64,000 nucleotides of DNA from an uncultured Clostridia bacterium (lineage in GTDB: Bacteria; Bacillota; Clostridia; Christensenellales; CAG-314), in NCBI GenBank assembly GCA_947625185.1, contig CANQNJ010000001.1:8771-72770 (forward strand), written 5' to 3'. The notes under the pieces are model-generated. The model was not told the origin of the DNA, searched no databases, and saw nothing but the letters and a program-made list of their open reading frames with translations. Positions 45,017-54,872 of the stretch are shown here, one piece after another. The translations under genes and the position numbers were made by a program. Within the stretch, counting starts at the first letter, position 1. Every line of letters starts with the position of its first letter.

Positions 45017-46144
45017 ATGAAATTCATTCATCTGTCCGATTTGCATTTGGGCAAGCGCTTGAACGATTATTCCTTAATTGACGATCAGGCTTATATATTG
45101 GAGAGAATAACGGATATCGTTGCCGCAGAAAAGCCGTACGGGGTATTTATCGCGGGCGACGTCTACGACAAGACGGTCCCGTCCGCAGACGCGGTGCAGC
45201 TCTTTGACGATTTTCTGACGCGGCTTGCGGATATGTCAGTCAAGGTATTTGTGGTCAGCGGCAATCACGATTCTCCCGAGAGGCTGTCTTTCGGAGGCAG
45301 GCTTATGACTTCGCGAGGGGTGTATATGGCGCCGAGTTACGGCGGCGAAGTGAGCCCCATCGAGTGCGTAAGCGGCGGCGAGCGCGTCAATGTATATCTG
45401 ATGCCCTTTGTCAAGCCCGCGCACGTTCGCAGATTTTGCGAAGAGGGGGATATATCCACCTATACGGACGCCCTTGCATATGCCGTGAGGACGATGCGCG
45501 TAGATAAATCGCTCAACAATGTGCTTGTAGCTCATCAATTCGTCGGCAATGCGGAAAAGGGCGGCTCGGAAGATGAACTGTCCGTCGGCGGATTGGACTG
45601 CGTGGACGCGTCTGTTTTTGCCGACTTCGACTATGTGGCGCTGGGGCATATTCACCGCGCGCAGAGCCTTGGCAACATCCGATATTGCGGCACTCCGCTC
45701 AAATATTCCTTTTCCGAAGTAAACGACGTCAAGAGCGTGACCGTGGCGGAAATATCCGATAAGCAATGCTCCGTCCGTACCGTTCCGCTTACGCCCAAGC
45801 GCGAGATGCGTCAGTTGCGGGGAAGTTTCGACGAAATCATTTCGCCGTCGTATTATCGGGGGACTACATACAGCGAAGACTACATTCGCGTTATACTGAC
45901 GGACGAGGACGATATCCCCAATGCGGTAGGCAGATTGCGCGCCGTATACCCGTATCTTATGCGGTTGGATTACGACAATACGCGCACGCGCGCCGACATC
46001 CGATTGGACGTCGCCGTCGAGAGGAAAAGTCCGTTGGAATTGTTTGCCGATTTCTTTCGCTTGCAGAACAATCGCGAGCTTACGCGGGAGCAATCGGAAC
46101 TTGTTGCGCGGTTGTTGGATAGGATAGAGGAGGGAGACAGATGA
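45017..46144 (+). CDS. sbcD: Exonuclease SbcCD, nuclease subunit D
   Basis: MKFIHLSDLHLG, GDVYD, GNHD and GHIH calcineurin-like phosphoesterase motifs are present. The preferred start is the ATG at 45017. Confidence 0.9.
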   Translation: MKFIHLSDLHLGKRLNDYSLIDDQAYILERITDIVAAEKPYGVFIAGDVYDKTVPSADAVQLFDDFLTRLADMSVKVFVVSGNHDSPERLSFGGRLMTSRGVYMAPSYGGEVSPIECVSGGERVNVYLMPFVKPAHVRRFCEEGDISTYTDALAYAVRTMRVDKSLNNVLVAHQFVGNAEKGGSEDELSVGGLDCVDASVFADFDYVALGHIHRAQSLGNIRYCGTPLKYSFSEVNDVKSVTVAEISDKQCSVRTVPLTPKREMRQLRGSFDEIISPSYYRGTTYSEDYIRVILTDEDDIPNAVGRLRAVYPYLMRLDYDNTRTRADIRLDVAVERKSPLELFADFFRLQNNRELTREQSELVARLLDRIEEGDR

Positions 46145-48912
46145 GACCGCTTACGCTTACGATGTCGGCTTTCGGGCCGTATGCCGCCGCCGAGACGGTG
46201 GATTTTACCAAGCTCGGCGCAAGCGGCTTGTATCTGATTACGGGCAGTACGGGCGCGGGCAAAACGTCCATTTTCGACGCGATAACCTTTGCGCTGTACG
46301 GCGAACCCAATAATGCCGATCGCGCGACGGATACGCTTCGTTCCAAATATGCCGATGCGTCCACGCCGACGGAAGTGACGTTGACGTTTTTGTACAAAGG
46401 CAAGCAATACACTGTCAAGCGTAATCCGCGTTACGAGCGGCAGTCCAAGCGCGGCGACAAAATCGTAACGGAAAATCCCAAAGCGCAGCTGATATATCCC
46501 GACGGCAAAATTGTCGACAGGTCCGTAAACGACGTGACAAAGGCGGTGGAGTCGGTTATCGGGATAAACAGAGAACAATTTTTGCAGATAGCGATGTTGG
46601 CGCAGGGCGATTTTATGCGGTTGCTTACCGCCAAGACGGACAAGCGCAAGGAAATATTCCGCCGCATATTCGATACAAATCTGTACGCAAGTTTGCAGGA
46701 GTCGCTCAAAAACGAAGCGCGTTCCGTCAAACAGCAATTGGACGACGGGTTCAATAAGCTGAAAGTGATCGCCGCGGGCATTCAATGCGACGAACGTTCT
46801 CCTCTGAGGGAACAGGCGGAACTTGCCGCCGCGAGCTTGCCGACGGAGCAGACTTTGCAACTTCTGCAACGGTTGGAAGCGGACGACGTCGCGTCCGACG
46901 CCGAACTCGCCAACAGGCTTGCCGAGAGGGAGCGGCAGATAGTCGCCGCCAACAATAATATCGTCCTTGCGGAGCGGCACGCCAAAAATCTTGCCGATTA
47001 TGCCGACAAACAGCGACAACTTGCCGAGGCGGATAGCCGTTTGCAGCTTGCGATCGACGCCAAGGCACGTCAGGACCAATCGGAGAGCGAAAGGCAGGAT
47101 ATTGCCAAACAACTTATCGCGGCGGAAGCCGAACTGCCGCGCTACGACCAATTGGAAAAACTTCGCGCCGATATAGAAACGAGGCAGACGCACCTGAACG
47201 AACTGAACGAGAATGTCGCCGCCCTCGCAAAAAACGTCGATCGTTTAAGCGCGGACTCGGAAATGTATGCTGCGCGCCGCAACTTGCTGCAAGACTCTCA
47301 TGCCAAGCTCGAAACGCTGAAAGCAAGCGAGCAATCGCTTGACAACAAGCTCGAAGATCTGCGGCAATTGCAAACGCGGATATCGCGGTTGGAAGAATTG
47401 AACAAAGAACTCAATGCAAAGGGCAGCGAACTTGTGCGGTGTAATGCCGCGACAGCGGCGGCGGAAGAGCGTTACGATAAAGCCTTTAAGCTGTTTATGA
47501 GCGGTCAGGCGGGGTTGCTGGCTTCACAACTCGCGGAAGGCGAACCTTGTCCCGTGTGCGGATCCGTCGATCATCCCAGGCTTGCCGCAAGCCAACAGAG
47601 CGTCCCCTCCGAAAAAGAGCTGAACGACTTGAAGAGTCAATTGGACTCCGAGGACAAATTGCGCCGCAAAGTCACCGACTTATACAATTCGTTGCAGGGA
47701 AGCGCGGACGCCAAGCGTAAGGAGACCGAGGACCACGCGAGAAAATACTTCGCTACCGTTGATTTCGACACTCTCGAATGGGACGTGGACGAACTTTTGA
47801 CAAAAACCGAATACGAGTTGCAAGAGATCGGGAATCAACTGCAATCCGCCGAAAAGGAGTACGACGAATTTATTGACATCGGCAAGATTATGCCCGACTT
47901 AGATCGGCAATTGCAAGAGGAACGCGGCAAATTGACTCAATTGACGAGCGAAGCCGCGGCGGAAACGGCTTTGTTGAACGAACAGCGCCGACAGTTTGTC
48001 GGTATGGGCAAGGATCTGCATTTCGTCAACCGTGACGAGGCGCTTATTAACAGGGATGAATTGAAACAACGCAAGTCGGATATGGATCTGGCGGCAAAGA
48101 ATGCGGAAGCCGATTTGCAGAAGTGCAAGGAGAACGTATCTGCGTTGAAGGGCGCATTGGAATCCCTCGCCGAAGTCGTCGCGGAAGCGTGCGATGTGGA
48201 CGTCGATCGGGAACGAGCGGAACTTGAAGGGCTTCAAGCGGACAAAAATCAGATCCTTTCCGAGCAAAGGACGGTGGCGGCGCGATTGAAGAACAACAGA
48301 GAATGTCGTTCTCGCATAGAGGAGACTGCGGAGGAGACGAAGCGTATCGAGGAACATTACAAATGGGTCAATGCCTTGTCGGAGACGGCAAACGGCACGT
48401 TGAGCGGCAAGCAGAAACTTATGTTGGAGACATATGTGCAGACCACATACTTTGACCGTATTCTGGTGCGCGCCAACCGTCGCCTCAACCGTATGAGCAA
48501 CGGTCAATACGATCTCGTGCGTCGCAAAACGGGCAATATGCAACAGCAGACGGGCTTGGACCTCGACGTCGTGGATCACTACAACGGAACTATGCGCCCC
48601 GTGGAAACGCTTTCGGGCGGCGAGTCATTCAAGGCGTCGCTTTCGTTGGCGCTGGGACTTTCCGACGAGATCCAATCCGCGTCGGGAGGGGTGCAGTTGG
48701 ATACGATGTTCGTTGACGAAGGCTTCGGCACGTTGGACGCCGATTCGCTGCGGCTTGCAATAGACGTTTTGCAAGAACTTACCGAAGGCGACCGATTGGT
48801 GGGCATCATATCTCACGTCGAAGAACTCAAATCCAAGATCGACCGTCAGATAGTCGTTACCAAGCAGCCCTCGGGCGGAAGCACCTGCCGCGTCGTCGCA
48901 GATAGTATTTGA
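46141..48912 (+). CDS. sbcC: Exonuclease SbcCD, ATPase subunit C (SMC/Rad50-like)
   Basis: Walker A GSTGAGKTS, a long coiled coil with the zinc hook CPVCGS, the signature LSGGESF and Walker B MFVDEGFGTLD are present. The product is 923 aa. Confidence 0.92.
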   Translation: MRPLTLTMSAFGPYAAAETVDFTKLGASGLYLITGSTGAGKTSIFDAITFALYGEPNNADRATDTLRSKYADASTPTEVTLTFLYKGKQYTVKRNPRYERQSKRGDKIVTENPKAQLIYPDGKIVDRSVNDVTKAVESVIGINREQFLQIAMLAQGDFMRLLTAKTDKRKEIFRRIFDTNLYASLQESLKNEARSVKQQLDDGFNKLKVIAAGIQCDERSPLREQAELAAASLPTEQTLQLLQRLEADDVASDAELANRLAERERQIVAANNNIVLAERHAKNLADYADKQRQLAEADSRLQLAIDAKARQDQSESERQDIAKQLIAAEAELPRYDQLEKLRADIETRQTHLNELNENVAALAKNVDRLSADSEMYAARRNLLQDSHAKLETLKASEQSLDNKLEDLRQLQTRISRLEELNKELNAKGSELVRCNAATAAAEERYDKAFKLFMSGQAGLLASQLAEGEPCPVCGSVDHPRLAASQQSVPSEKELNDLKSQLDSEDKLRRKVTDLYNSLQGSADAKRKETEDHARKYFATVDFDTLEWDVDELLTKTEYELQEIGNQLQSAEKEYDEFIDIGKIMPDLDRQLQEERGKLTQLTSEAAAETALLNEQRRQFVGMGKDLHFVNRDEALINRDELKQRKSDMDLAAKNAEADLQKCKENVSALKGALESLAEVVAEACDVDVDRERAELEGLQADKNQILSEQRTVAARLKNNRECRSRIEETAEETKRIEEHYKWVNALSETANGTLSGKQKLMLETYVQTTYFDRILVRANRRLNRMSNGQYDLVRRKTGNMQQQTGLDLDVVDHYNGTMRPVETLSGGESFKASLSLALGLSDEIQSASGGVQLDTMFVDEGFGTLDADSLRLAIDVLQELTEGDRLVGIISHVEELKSKIDRQIVVTKQPSGGSTCRVVADSI

Positions 48913-48916
48913 CATT

Positions 48917-48954
48917 ACCGCCCGCGCAAAGCAGCGCGGGCGGTGATCCGTTTT
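48917..48954 (+). terminator. GC-rich hairpin after sbcC (candidate terminator; stem shared with the hairpin at 51894-51928)
   Basis: The stem ACCGCCCGCGC-aaagca-GCGCGGGCGGT is followed by gatccgTTTT. Confidence 0.55.
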
Positions 48955-49113
48955 CGGTATGTCGCATAAAGAATAAACAAAGCGGTGCAGAATAAATCAT
49001 CACGCAGCTTGTCCGTTTTGCTGCAATATGCCGCGGCAAAACTCGTGCAACGGAAAAAGGAGCGCACCTTTCGGTGTACTCCTTTTGTGACAATCGCGCT
49101 GTGTCGCGCGGAT

Positions 49114-49188
49114 TGGCTCCCCGTGTTGGGTTTGAACCAACGACCCTCCGGTTAACAGCCGGATGCTCTGCCGCTGAGCTAACGAGGA
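49114..49188 (-). tRNA. tRNA-Asn (anticodon GTT), CCA encoded
   Basis: The reverse complement folds by hand into a full cloverleaf. Acceptor TCCTCGT/ACGGGGA, D arm GCTC-AGCGGCA-GAGC, anticodon arm TCCGG-CTGTTAA-CCGGA, variable loop GGGTC, T arm GTTGG-TTCAAAC-CCAAC, then G-CCA. Confidence 0.92.
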
Positions 49189-49946
49189 ATATTCAATTGC
49201 CTTTATATCCTACCACCTGCGGCGCAAATTGTCAAATGTTTTTCGGTAAATTTTTCACTATATTCCTTTTGCCGTTGATCATATACTTTTCGTAAGGAAT
49301 ATTTCTCTTTTCGGGCGCAATTTTCGAGCGTATTGCCGAAGATTTATGTAGTGTAAAGCAATTCCGCAAGGCAAGCTGTTTGTTCGGATCGCTTGGGCAT
49401 ATGCAAAATATTTCGGCGTCACCCGACAGCTATTTGATGCCGTCCGCTCGCAGATTCCCGTATGATTTAACCTACCGAGTACGCAATGCGCAATAAGCAC
49501 GGCGGTGCAAGAGCGCGTTTTGTAAACTGCGCGGCGAAGATAGTTCGCTCGGGCGTAATATGCTTGTCACGATAGGAATTTTCCGTCGGGGCTTTTGCCA
49601 ACGACGGCTTGGGCAACGCTTGGTCGGATTTGTCATTCCTCTCGGCAATAGCTTTTTCGGGTCTATTTACAGAGGACATTTCCGTCCGTTCGGCGCGAAA
49701 ACAAGTTGGTCGGCAGCGGTCGCTGCGTTTTGAAAAACTGCTATATTTCTTCAAATTTCTACAAATTATTTTCATTTAGGCGAAAAGATATATTACTATT
49801 TCAGTCATAGTTTCGACGGATAAGCAATACAATAGAACAAAAACAGCGCCTTTTCGACAGAATTGAACAATTCTTGCCCTGTTGCGGCGGAGAGTTCCGT
49901 GCTATAATATGATTACAAGAAACGGCAGGCGCAAACGGAGATAAAA

Positions 49947-50696
49947 TTGAAACAAACGGTAATAGCGGTTGCGGTAACGCTTGTGTGCGTTCTGCTTGTA
50001 TGCGGAATGGGCGGTTATGCGCAGGTATACGCCAATACGAGAGAGGTGCCCATCTATTGCGTTGACAGGCAGGACAAGTTCGTTTCCATCAGTTTCGACG
50101 CGGCTTGGGGCGCCGACAAGACTCGCAGTATAATGGACGTCTGCGACAATTACGGCGTCAAGGCTACATTCTTTCTTGTTGGGTTCTGGATAGACAAATA
50201 CCCCGATATGGTGGAGGAGATAGCGTCGAGAGGGTTCGAGATCGGCACACACAGCGCCACCCATCCCCAGATGAGCAAGCTGACGGAATCGCAATGTCGC
50301 GAAGAACTGCTTACAAGCTCGCGCAAGATATTCGAAATCACGGGCAAGGCGGTGGAGCTGTTCCGTCCGCCCTTCGGAGATTACAACAACCGATTGCTGA
50401 CCGTCGCCAAGGGCTTGGGATTGTATACCATCCAATGGAGCGTTGACAGCCTGGATTGGAAAGGTCTGTCCGCCCGCGAGATTGCCGAAAGGGTACAGAA
50501 GGCGGACAGTGGCGACATTATACTTTGCCACAACAACAGCGACCATATCGTCGAGGCGCTGCCCGCGATATTCGAGTCTTTTAAGCTCAAAGGTTTGACG
50601 GCGGTGCCCATAGGGCAGCTTATTTACAGAGACGGCTATCATATAGACGGCAGCGGCAAACAGATCTCGGACAAATCTACGTCGACCGTAGTGTAA
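49947..50696 (+). CDS. Polysaccharide deacetylase (NodB homology domain; PdaA/PdaB-like)
   Basis: TTG start and an N-terminal TM/signal anchor. SFDAAWG, TFFLVG and GTHSATHP NodB motifs are present. Confidence 0.85.
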   Translation: MKQTVIAVAVTLVCVLLVCGMGGYAQVYANTREVPIYCVDRQDKFVSISFDAAWGADKTRSIMDVCDNYGVKATFFLVGFWIDKYPDMVEEIASRGFEIGTHSATHPQMSKLTESQCREELLTSSRKIFEITGKAVELFRPPFGDYNNRLLTVAKGLGLYTIQWSVDSLDWKGLSAREIAERVQKADSGDIILCHNNSDHIVEALPAIFESFKLKGLTAVPIGQLIYRDGYHIDGSGKQISDKSTSTVV

Positions 50697-50738
50697 TTTG
50701 CAACTTATATCACAAAAAAATACAAGAGAGGTATCACT

Positions 50739-51380
50739 ATGAACACACCATTACAAAACAACAGTGTAACGTTATCAGGTACGGTAGTGGGCGAGCCGAC
50801 CTTCTCCCACGAGGTATACGGCGAAAAATTTTACGAAGTGACGCTTTCCGTCAAGCGCCTCTCGGGTATGGAAGATTTTTTGCCGATAAGCATTTCCGAA
50901 CATTTGCTTTCGGATAAATTCCGAAACGGCAACAACGTATCAGTTTCGGGACAATTTCGCAGTTACAACAAGACGGTAGAGGACAAGAGCAAACTTATGC
51001 TGACGGTTTTCGTCAGAGACGTCAACGAATACGACGATACCGTCAATCCCAATATGTTGGAGCTTACGGGATTTGTCTGTAAGCCGCCGATATATCGCAC
51101 GACGCCCTTTAATCGCGAGATATGCGATCTGCTGCTTGCCGTCAACCGTCAATACAACAAAAGCGACTACATACCTTGCATAGTATGGGGACGCAACGCG
51201 CGGTTTGCGGGCGGTCTGTCGGTGGGCGAACATATCAACGTGGTGGGCAGGGTCCAATCACGCAACTATCAGAAACGTCTGCCCGACGATACTGTTGTGA
51301 CGCGCACGGCATACGAAGTGTCCGTCAGCAAGATAGCCATAGTGGGCGACGATGTCGTAGACGCGCCTATTGCTCAATGA
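50739..51380 (+). CDS. SSB-family protein with two tandem OB folds and no acidic C-terminal tip
   Basis: There are two SSB/PriB-like units (VTLSGTVVGEPTF...VSVSGQFRSY and LELTGFVCKPPIY...CIVWGRNARFAG..VGEHINVVGRVQSRNY). The C-terminus is ...DDVVDAPIAQ rather than D-D-D-I/L-P-F. Confidence 0.65.
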   Translation: MNTPLQNNSVTLSGTVVGEPTFSHEVYGEKFYEVTLSVKRLSGMEDFLPISISEHLLSDKFRNGNNVSVSGQFRSYNKTVEDKSKLMLTVFVRDVNEYDDTVNPNMLELTGFVCKPPIYRTTPFNREICDLLLAVNRQYNKSDYIPCIVWGRNARFAGGLSVGEHINVVGRVQSRNYQKRLPDDTVVTRTAYEVSVSKIAIVGDDVVDAPIAQ

Positions 51381-51893
51381 TCGGCTGCCAAATGTCGGAA
51401 TCGCAAAGAATATATCGATTATAAATTCGGAAAAAAATTATGTTTAAGGGGTTGCCGCTCAATGCGACAGCCCCTTTCGACTTATATCCGTCGTTCTATA
51501 AGAAATGTTGGTATGCGGAAGTAAATAAAATACAGAAGTCGACTTACAAATTAAAAAGGAATTTGAGCAAGCGGAGATGCGCGTGTCACGCATAGTAGCG
51601 AACAAAGCGAAAATTCCGTTGCAAGCGGCGACCTGCGCGGCGCTTGCACAAATTGCAAACTTAATATTTTTCTCGTCAGTCCCTTCCACCGCAAGCGGTC
51701 CCCCTTCCCTTAGGCGCAATATATCTTTATTTTACGATACAACCTATGCGCGCCGAAGGGACGGCTTTATATATGCAGTTTTCGACCTTATCCCTACGAA
51801 CAGGGGTGGGTGGTCGGGGACCTTGTAACCAAAAGGGGTCCCCGTCAAGTTGACAAAGGAGACTTGATGGGGAGAGGAGCAGCCGCCGGACAG

Positions 51894-51928
51894 CAGTACC
51901 GCCCGCGCTAATTGCGCGGGCGGTACTG
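51894..51928. repeat. 15-bp-stem GC hairpin CAGTACCGCCCGCGC-taatt-GCGCGGGCGGTACTG
   Basis: This is a perfect palindrome. The inner 12 nt of the stem (TACCGCCCGCGC) are identical to the hairpin after sbcC. Confidence 0.8.
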
Positions 51929-51952
51929 TCAATGGCGAGCTGCGACGGCGGA

Positions 51953-52013
51953 GCGAGGGTGTTACAACGCAAAATAATCTGCAACGAGGGCACTTCGTGC
52001 CCGACGTGAAGCC
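51953..52013 (-). repeat. Repeat family 2, copy 4 (inverted orientation)
   Basis: The reverse complement reads GGCTTCACGTCGGGCACGAAGTGCCCTCGTTGCAGATTATTTTGCGTTGTAACACCCTCGC and aligns with 33051-33108. Confidence 0.75.
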
Positions 52014-52140
52014 TTTTTGCGTTGAATACCCGATGCGACTTCGTGCGTTTGGTCGGTGGCTCTGATGGCAAAATGTTGGGGCAAAGCAGGCTTATATTTC
52101 TATATAATTAGTCTTGACCCCAACATTTGACATAGAGCCT

Positions 52141-54027
52141 TTATTCCTGTTGCTCTGCGTCGGTACGCGCTTTTTTGTTTTTTCTGCGGTGCAGAAATAC
52201 CGCCGTCAGAATTATCGCCAACACAATGGCAATGCCCGTTGCGGTCAGTCCGAATACGGCGTTGGTGGTAAGAGCGCCGACGGGTATCAGTTGGCTGATG
52301 TAGCAGTAACCCATTGCGGTGGTGCCGTCGCCGTAGACGACCTGTACCAATGCCGTGCCGTTATCGTATTTTTTCACGACGGTAACGCGGGTGCCGCTGC
52401 TGAGGTGCTTTATTTCCTCTCCGACGTTATTGGTAACGTGATGATCTTCGTCCATTGTGGCGCGGTCGTTGTTGTCGTACAGTTGCACATAGCCGAACAG
52501 TTTGCCGTTGGCTTTACTCTCGCCATCAACACCCTCTCCGTCGTTTACTCTGTTGAGGAAGAATTTGCCTATGTTTTCTTCCTTGACGAAGCCCGTTTTG
52601 TTGCCGTCGTAGCGGACGTAGTACCACAGCGTGCCGCCGTTATCCGTAAAACGTTGAAGCGCGGTCACTTCCGTGAGGTTCTGGGCGGACTGATTGTAGA
52701 CGATCCTATATTCTTCCGTCAGGAAGGTAGTGTGGGGCAGCGGAGCGATGTACACGGCGTCCAACGATATGAATTTCGTCTTATATTCCACGTTGCCTTG
52801 GCTCATTCTCGTATTGATGACTTTGAGATTGGGATCCGTTTCGAGAGAATCGGCGCCGTCGCTCTTCTTGACCCAACCGAACTTGTCTCCCACCAGCACA
52901 TAGTAGAAGTTGGGATCCTCGTTATCCCAACCGAGTACGATATATTCGTCGGCGTTATCCATAAGGTTTTCAATGCTTGTCTTTTCGTCCGAGGTCTTGA
53001 ACACTATGTTCGAGGGATATCCGACGCATTTTACCAGGGTATAAGAGTTAAGTTCGCTTATGGCGGGTACTGCCCGAGGCAAAGTCTCCGTGCCGATGGT
53101 GGCGACGGATTCGTAATTGCCCCCTACGGGGTTCTTTTTGTATATTTCTATTTTGTGTTGTTCGTTCAGTATATAGATATCTTCGCCGTTGGCAACGACG
53201 TCGTTTATCGCGCCCTTGTCGCTGCCGTAACTTTTCGCGTCGATAAGCGGATTTACGGTGCTGTTGGATTCGCCTATTTCCACAAACCATACGCCCGTCT
53301 CCGAGAACACGCCCACCTGTTGTCCGTACACGAACAATCCCTTGGGAGAGTCAACGGGGTTCAGCAGGCTCGTATTCTTGTTTAACGGGTCGTTGGAACT
53401 CGCCGGACGCGCTAGCTGTCCGTCTATGCGTTGGCATACGACGTTGCCGTCCAATCTGAACAGACAGTAGATATACCGATCGATCGCCGCCATACCGCTT
53501 ACTTCGCTTGTGGAACTGAAACCGACGGGGAGGAAATAATCGACGTTGGTAATGTCGTCGACGCGCGGATCCTTTGCAAAGAATTGACTGTTTGTCGCAT
53601 AGTATTCGCCCATAGTGTCGTCTCTGTCTATTACTCCGTACACGAAGTCTATCGCGTTCTTTACGTTGAACGTCTGCTTTTCTTGCAGGCTTCCGTTGTC
53701 TGCGACGCTGTATTCCTCCACCTTGTCGGAGAATATTGCGTACAGACCGTTTCCCTTTGCGGACAGATTGCTGATATTGCCGTCCGTTTCCTCCGTGAAG
53801 CAGTAAACGGGTTTGCTGCCGCTTACGTCGAAGCACAGAATAACGCTCTTGCCCTCTTCGATGTTATCCGCGACATACAATTTGTCGTTTACCGCGGCGA
53901 TAGCGGTGGGGTTGAGAAAATATATAATGTCGCTGGCGGCGCTTGCGTCCTCGGCAAAAGCGAGAGCGGGCGTCAGCGCGCATACAAGCAACAGCAGACT
54001 CAGTATTATTCCGACGGATTTCTTCAT
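52141..54027 (-). CDS. Secreted, C-terminally membrane-anchored repeat protein with SH3b-like domains
   Basis: The preferred start is MKKSVGIILSLLLLVCALTPALAFA (signal peptide). The body is beta-rich. SH3b-like WYYVRYDGNKTGFV and GYCYISQL are present. The C-terminus has a TM helix and a KR-rich tail. Confidence 0.7.
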   Translation of the reverse strand: MKKSVGIILSLLLLVCALTPALAFAEDASAASDIIYFLNPTAIAAVNDKLYVADNIEEGKSVILCFDVSGSKPVYCFTEETDGNISNLSAKGNGLYAIFSDKVEEYSVADNGSLQEKQTFNVKNAIDFVYGVIDRDDTMGEYYATNSQFFAKDPRVDDITNVDYFLPVGFSSTSEVSGMAAIDRYIYCLFRLDGNVVCQRIDGQLARPASSNDPLNKNTSLLNPVDSPKGLFVYGQQVGVFSETGVWFVEIGESNSTVNPLIDAKSYGSDKGAINDVVANGEDIYILNEQHKIEIYKKNPVGGNYESVATIGTETLPRAVPAISELNSYTLVKCVGYPSNIVFKTSDEKTSIENLMDNADEYIVLGWDNEDPNFYYVLVGDKFGWVKKSDGADSLETDPNLKVINTRMSQGNVEYKTKFISLDAVYIAPLPHTTFLTEEYRIVYNQSAQNLTEVTALQRFTDNGGTLWYYVRYDGNKTGFVKEENIGKFFLNRVNDGEGVDGESKANGKLFGYVQLYDNNDRATMDEDHHVTNNVGEEIKHLSSGTRVTVVKKYDNGTALVQVVYGDGTTAMGYCYISQLIPVGALTTNAVFGLTATGIAIVLAIILTAVFLHRRKNKKARTDAEQQE

Positions 54028-54428
54028 TATGTACCTCATTGGACATATCGCGGTACGCCGGATACGTCCTTTCGCACGGGACTTCTGCCCCGAGCGCATA
54101 TTACCTTATTGTAAAGTATACCAAATATTAACTTATTTTTCAACAATTTGCGCCAAATTACAATAAAAAAACGGCGGCAATTTACAGTGCGGATACTATC
54201 GTCCCTTTATACTCGTTTAACTCGGCAAAAATTAAGCAAATTTTCAAAATAAATTTTCGATTTTTTATGTTAAATTTTGAAAACACTGCCAAACAGTTGT
54301 CGTATTTCGTATGCTATACTGTGTGTGTTTAGAACAAAAGTTCGATAAATCAAAAAAACGCGTCCCGAAACGTGCGGCTCAGAACCTTGCGCACGGGGAA
54401 CGTATCGAGAAAAGGGGAGGTGAGCAAA

Positions 54429-54872
54429 GTGACTTACGAATCGATAATGCTCAAAAACGCAATCAGAATAAAGAAATCGGCAAACGTATTGTCGTTGGAA
54501 TTGCAGAAGGCGGCGATGCAGTCTTACGACGCCACGCGATGCAAGGACGGAACAATGGGACAGATAAGCGAATTGTTGGATATTTCGCGCAGGATCGACA
54601 GGCTCGACGAGCTTTACGGTTACATAAGGCAAGCGCTTTACGCCGTCCCGTCGGGACACAGAACGTTGCTTACCAAGGTATATCTGCGCAAGCAGACTCC
54701 CAAGGAAGTGGCGGATAAGTTCGGCGTTTCCGTATCCACCGTCTACCGTCAATTGTCCGTCGCGCGCAATCGTTTCCGCCGAAATCTGGAACATATCGGC
54801 TGCGACAAGCAGTGGTTCGACAGCAATTGTTCCGATATCGATTGGACGGTTCGCCGTTGCAAATCGGACTAA
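54429..54872 (+). CDS. Sigma-70 region-4-like / ArpU-type phage late transcriptional regulator
   Basis: GGGGAGG lies 8 nt upstream of the GTG at 54429. The C-terminal HTH is LLTKVYLRKQTPKEVADKFGVSVSTVYRQLSVARNRF. It sits upstream of the terminase. Confidence 0.6.
   Translation: MTYESIMLKNAIRIKKSANVLSLELQKAAMQSYDATRCKDGTMGQISELLDISRRIDRLDELYGYIRQALYAVPSGHRTLLTKVYLRKQTPKEVADKFGVSVSTVYRQLSVARNRFRRNLEHIGCDKQWFDSNCSDIDWTVRRCKSD

Noticed and set aside
49467-49775. A 102 aa minus-strand ORF between tRNA-Asn and the deacetylase gene.
   Set aside because: It has no convincing RBS or motif. An internal ATG (MSSVNRPEK...) would give a 70 aa basic protein, but I cannot support that from sequence alone, so it is left unannotated.
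51459-52071. The idea that the hairpin-rich region encodes tmRNA, RNase P, 6S or SRP RNA, or a group II intron.
   Set aside because: I could not find the diagnostic sequences (a tmRNA tRNA-like end with a resume codon, RNase P conserved regions, or a group II domain 5). It is kept only as an unexplained structured region.
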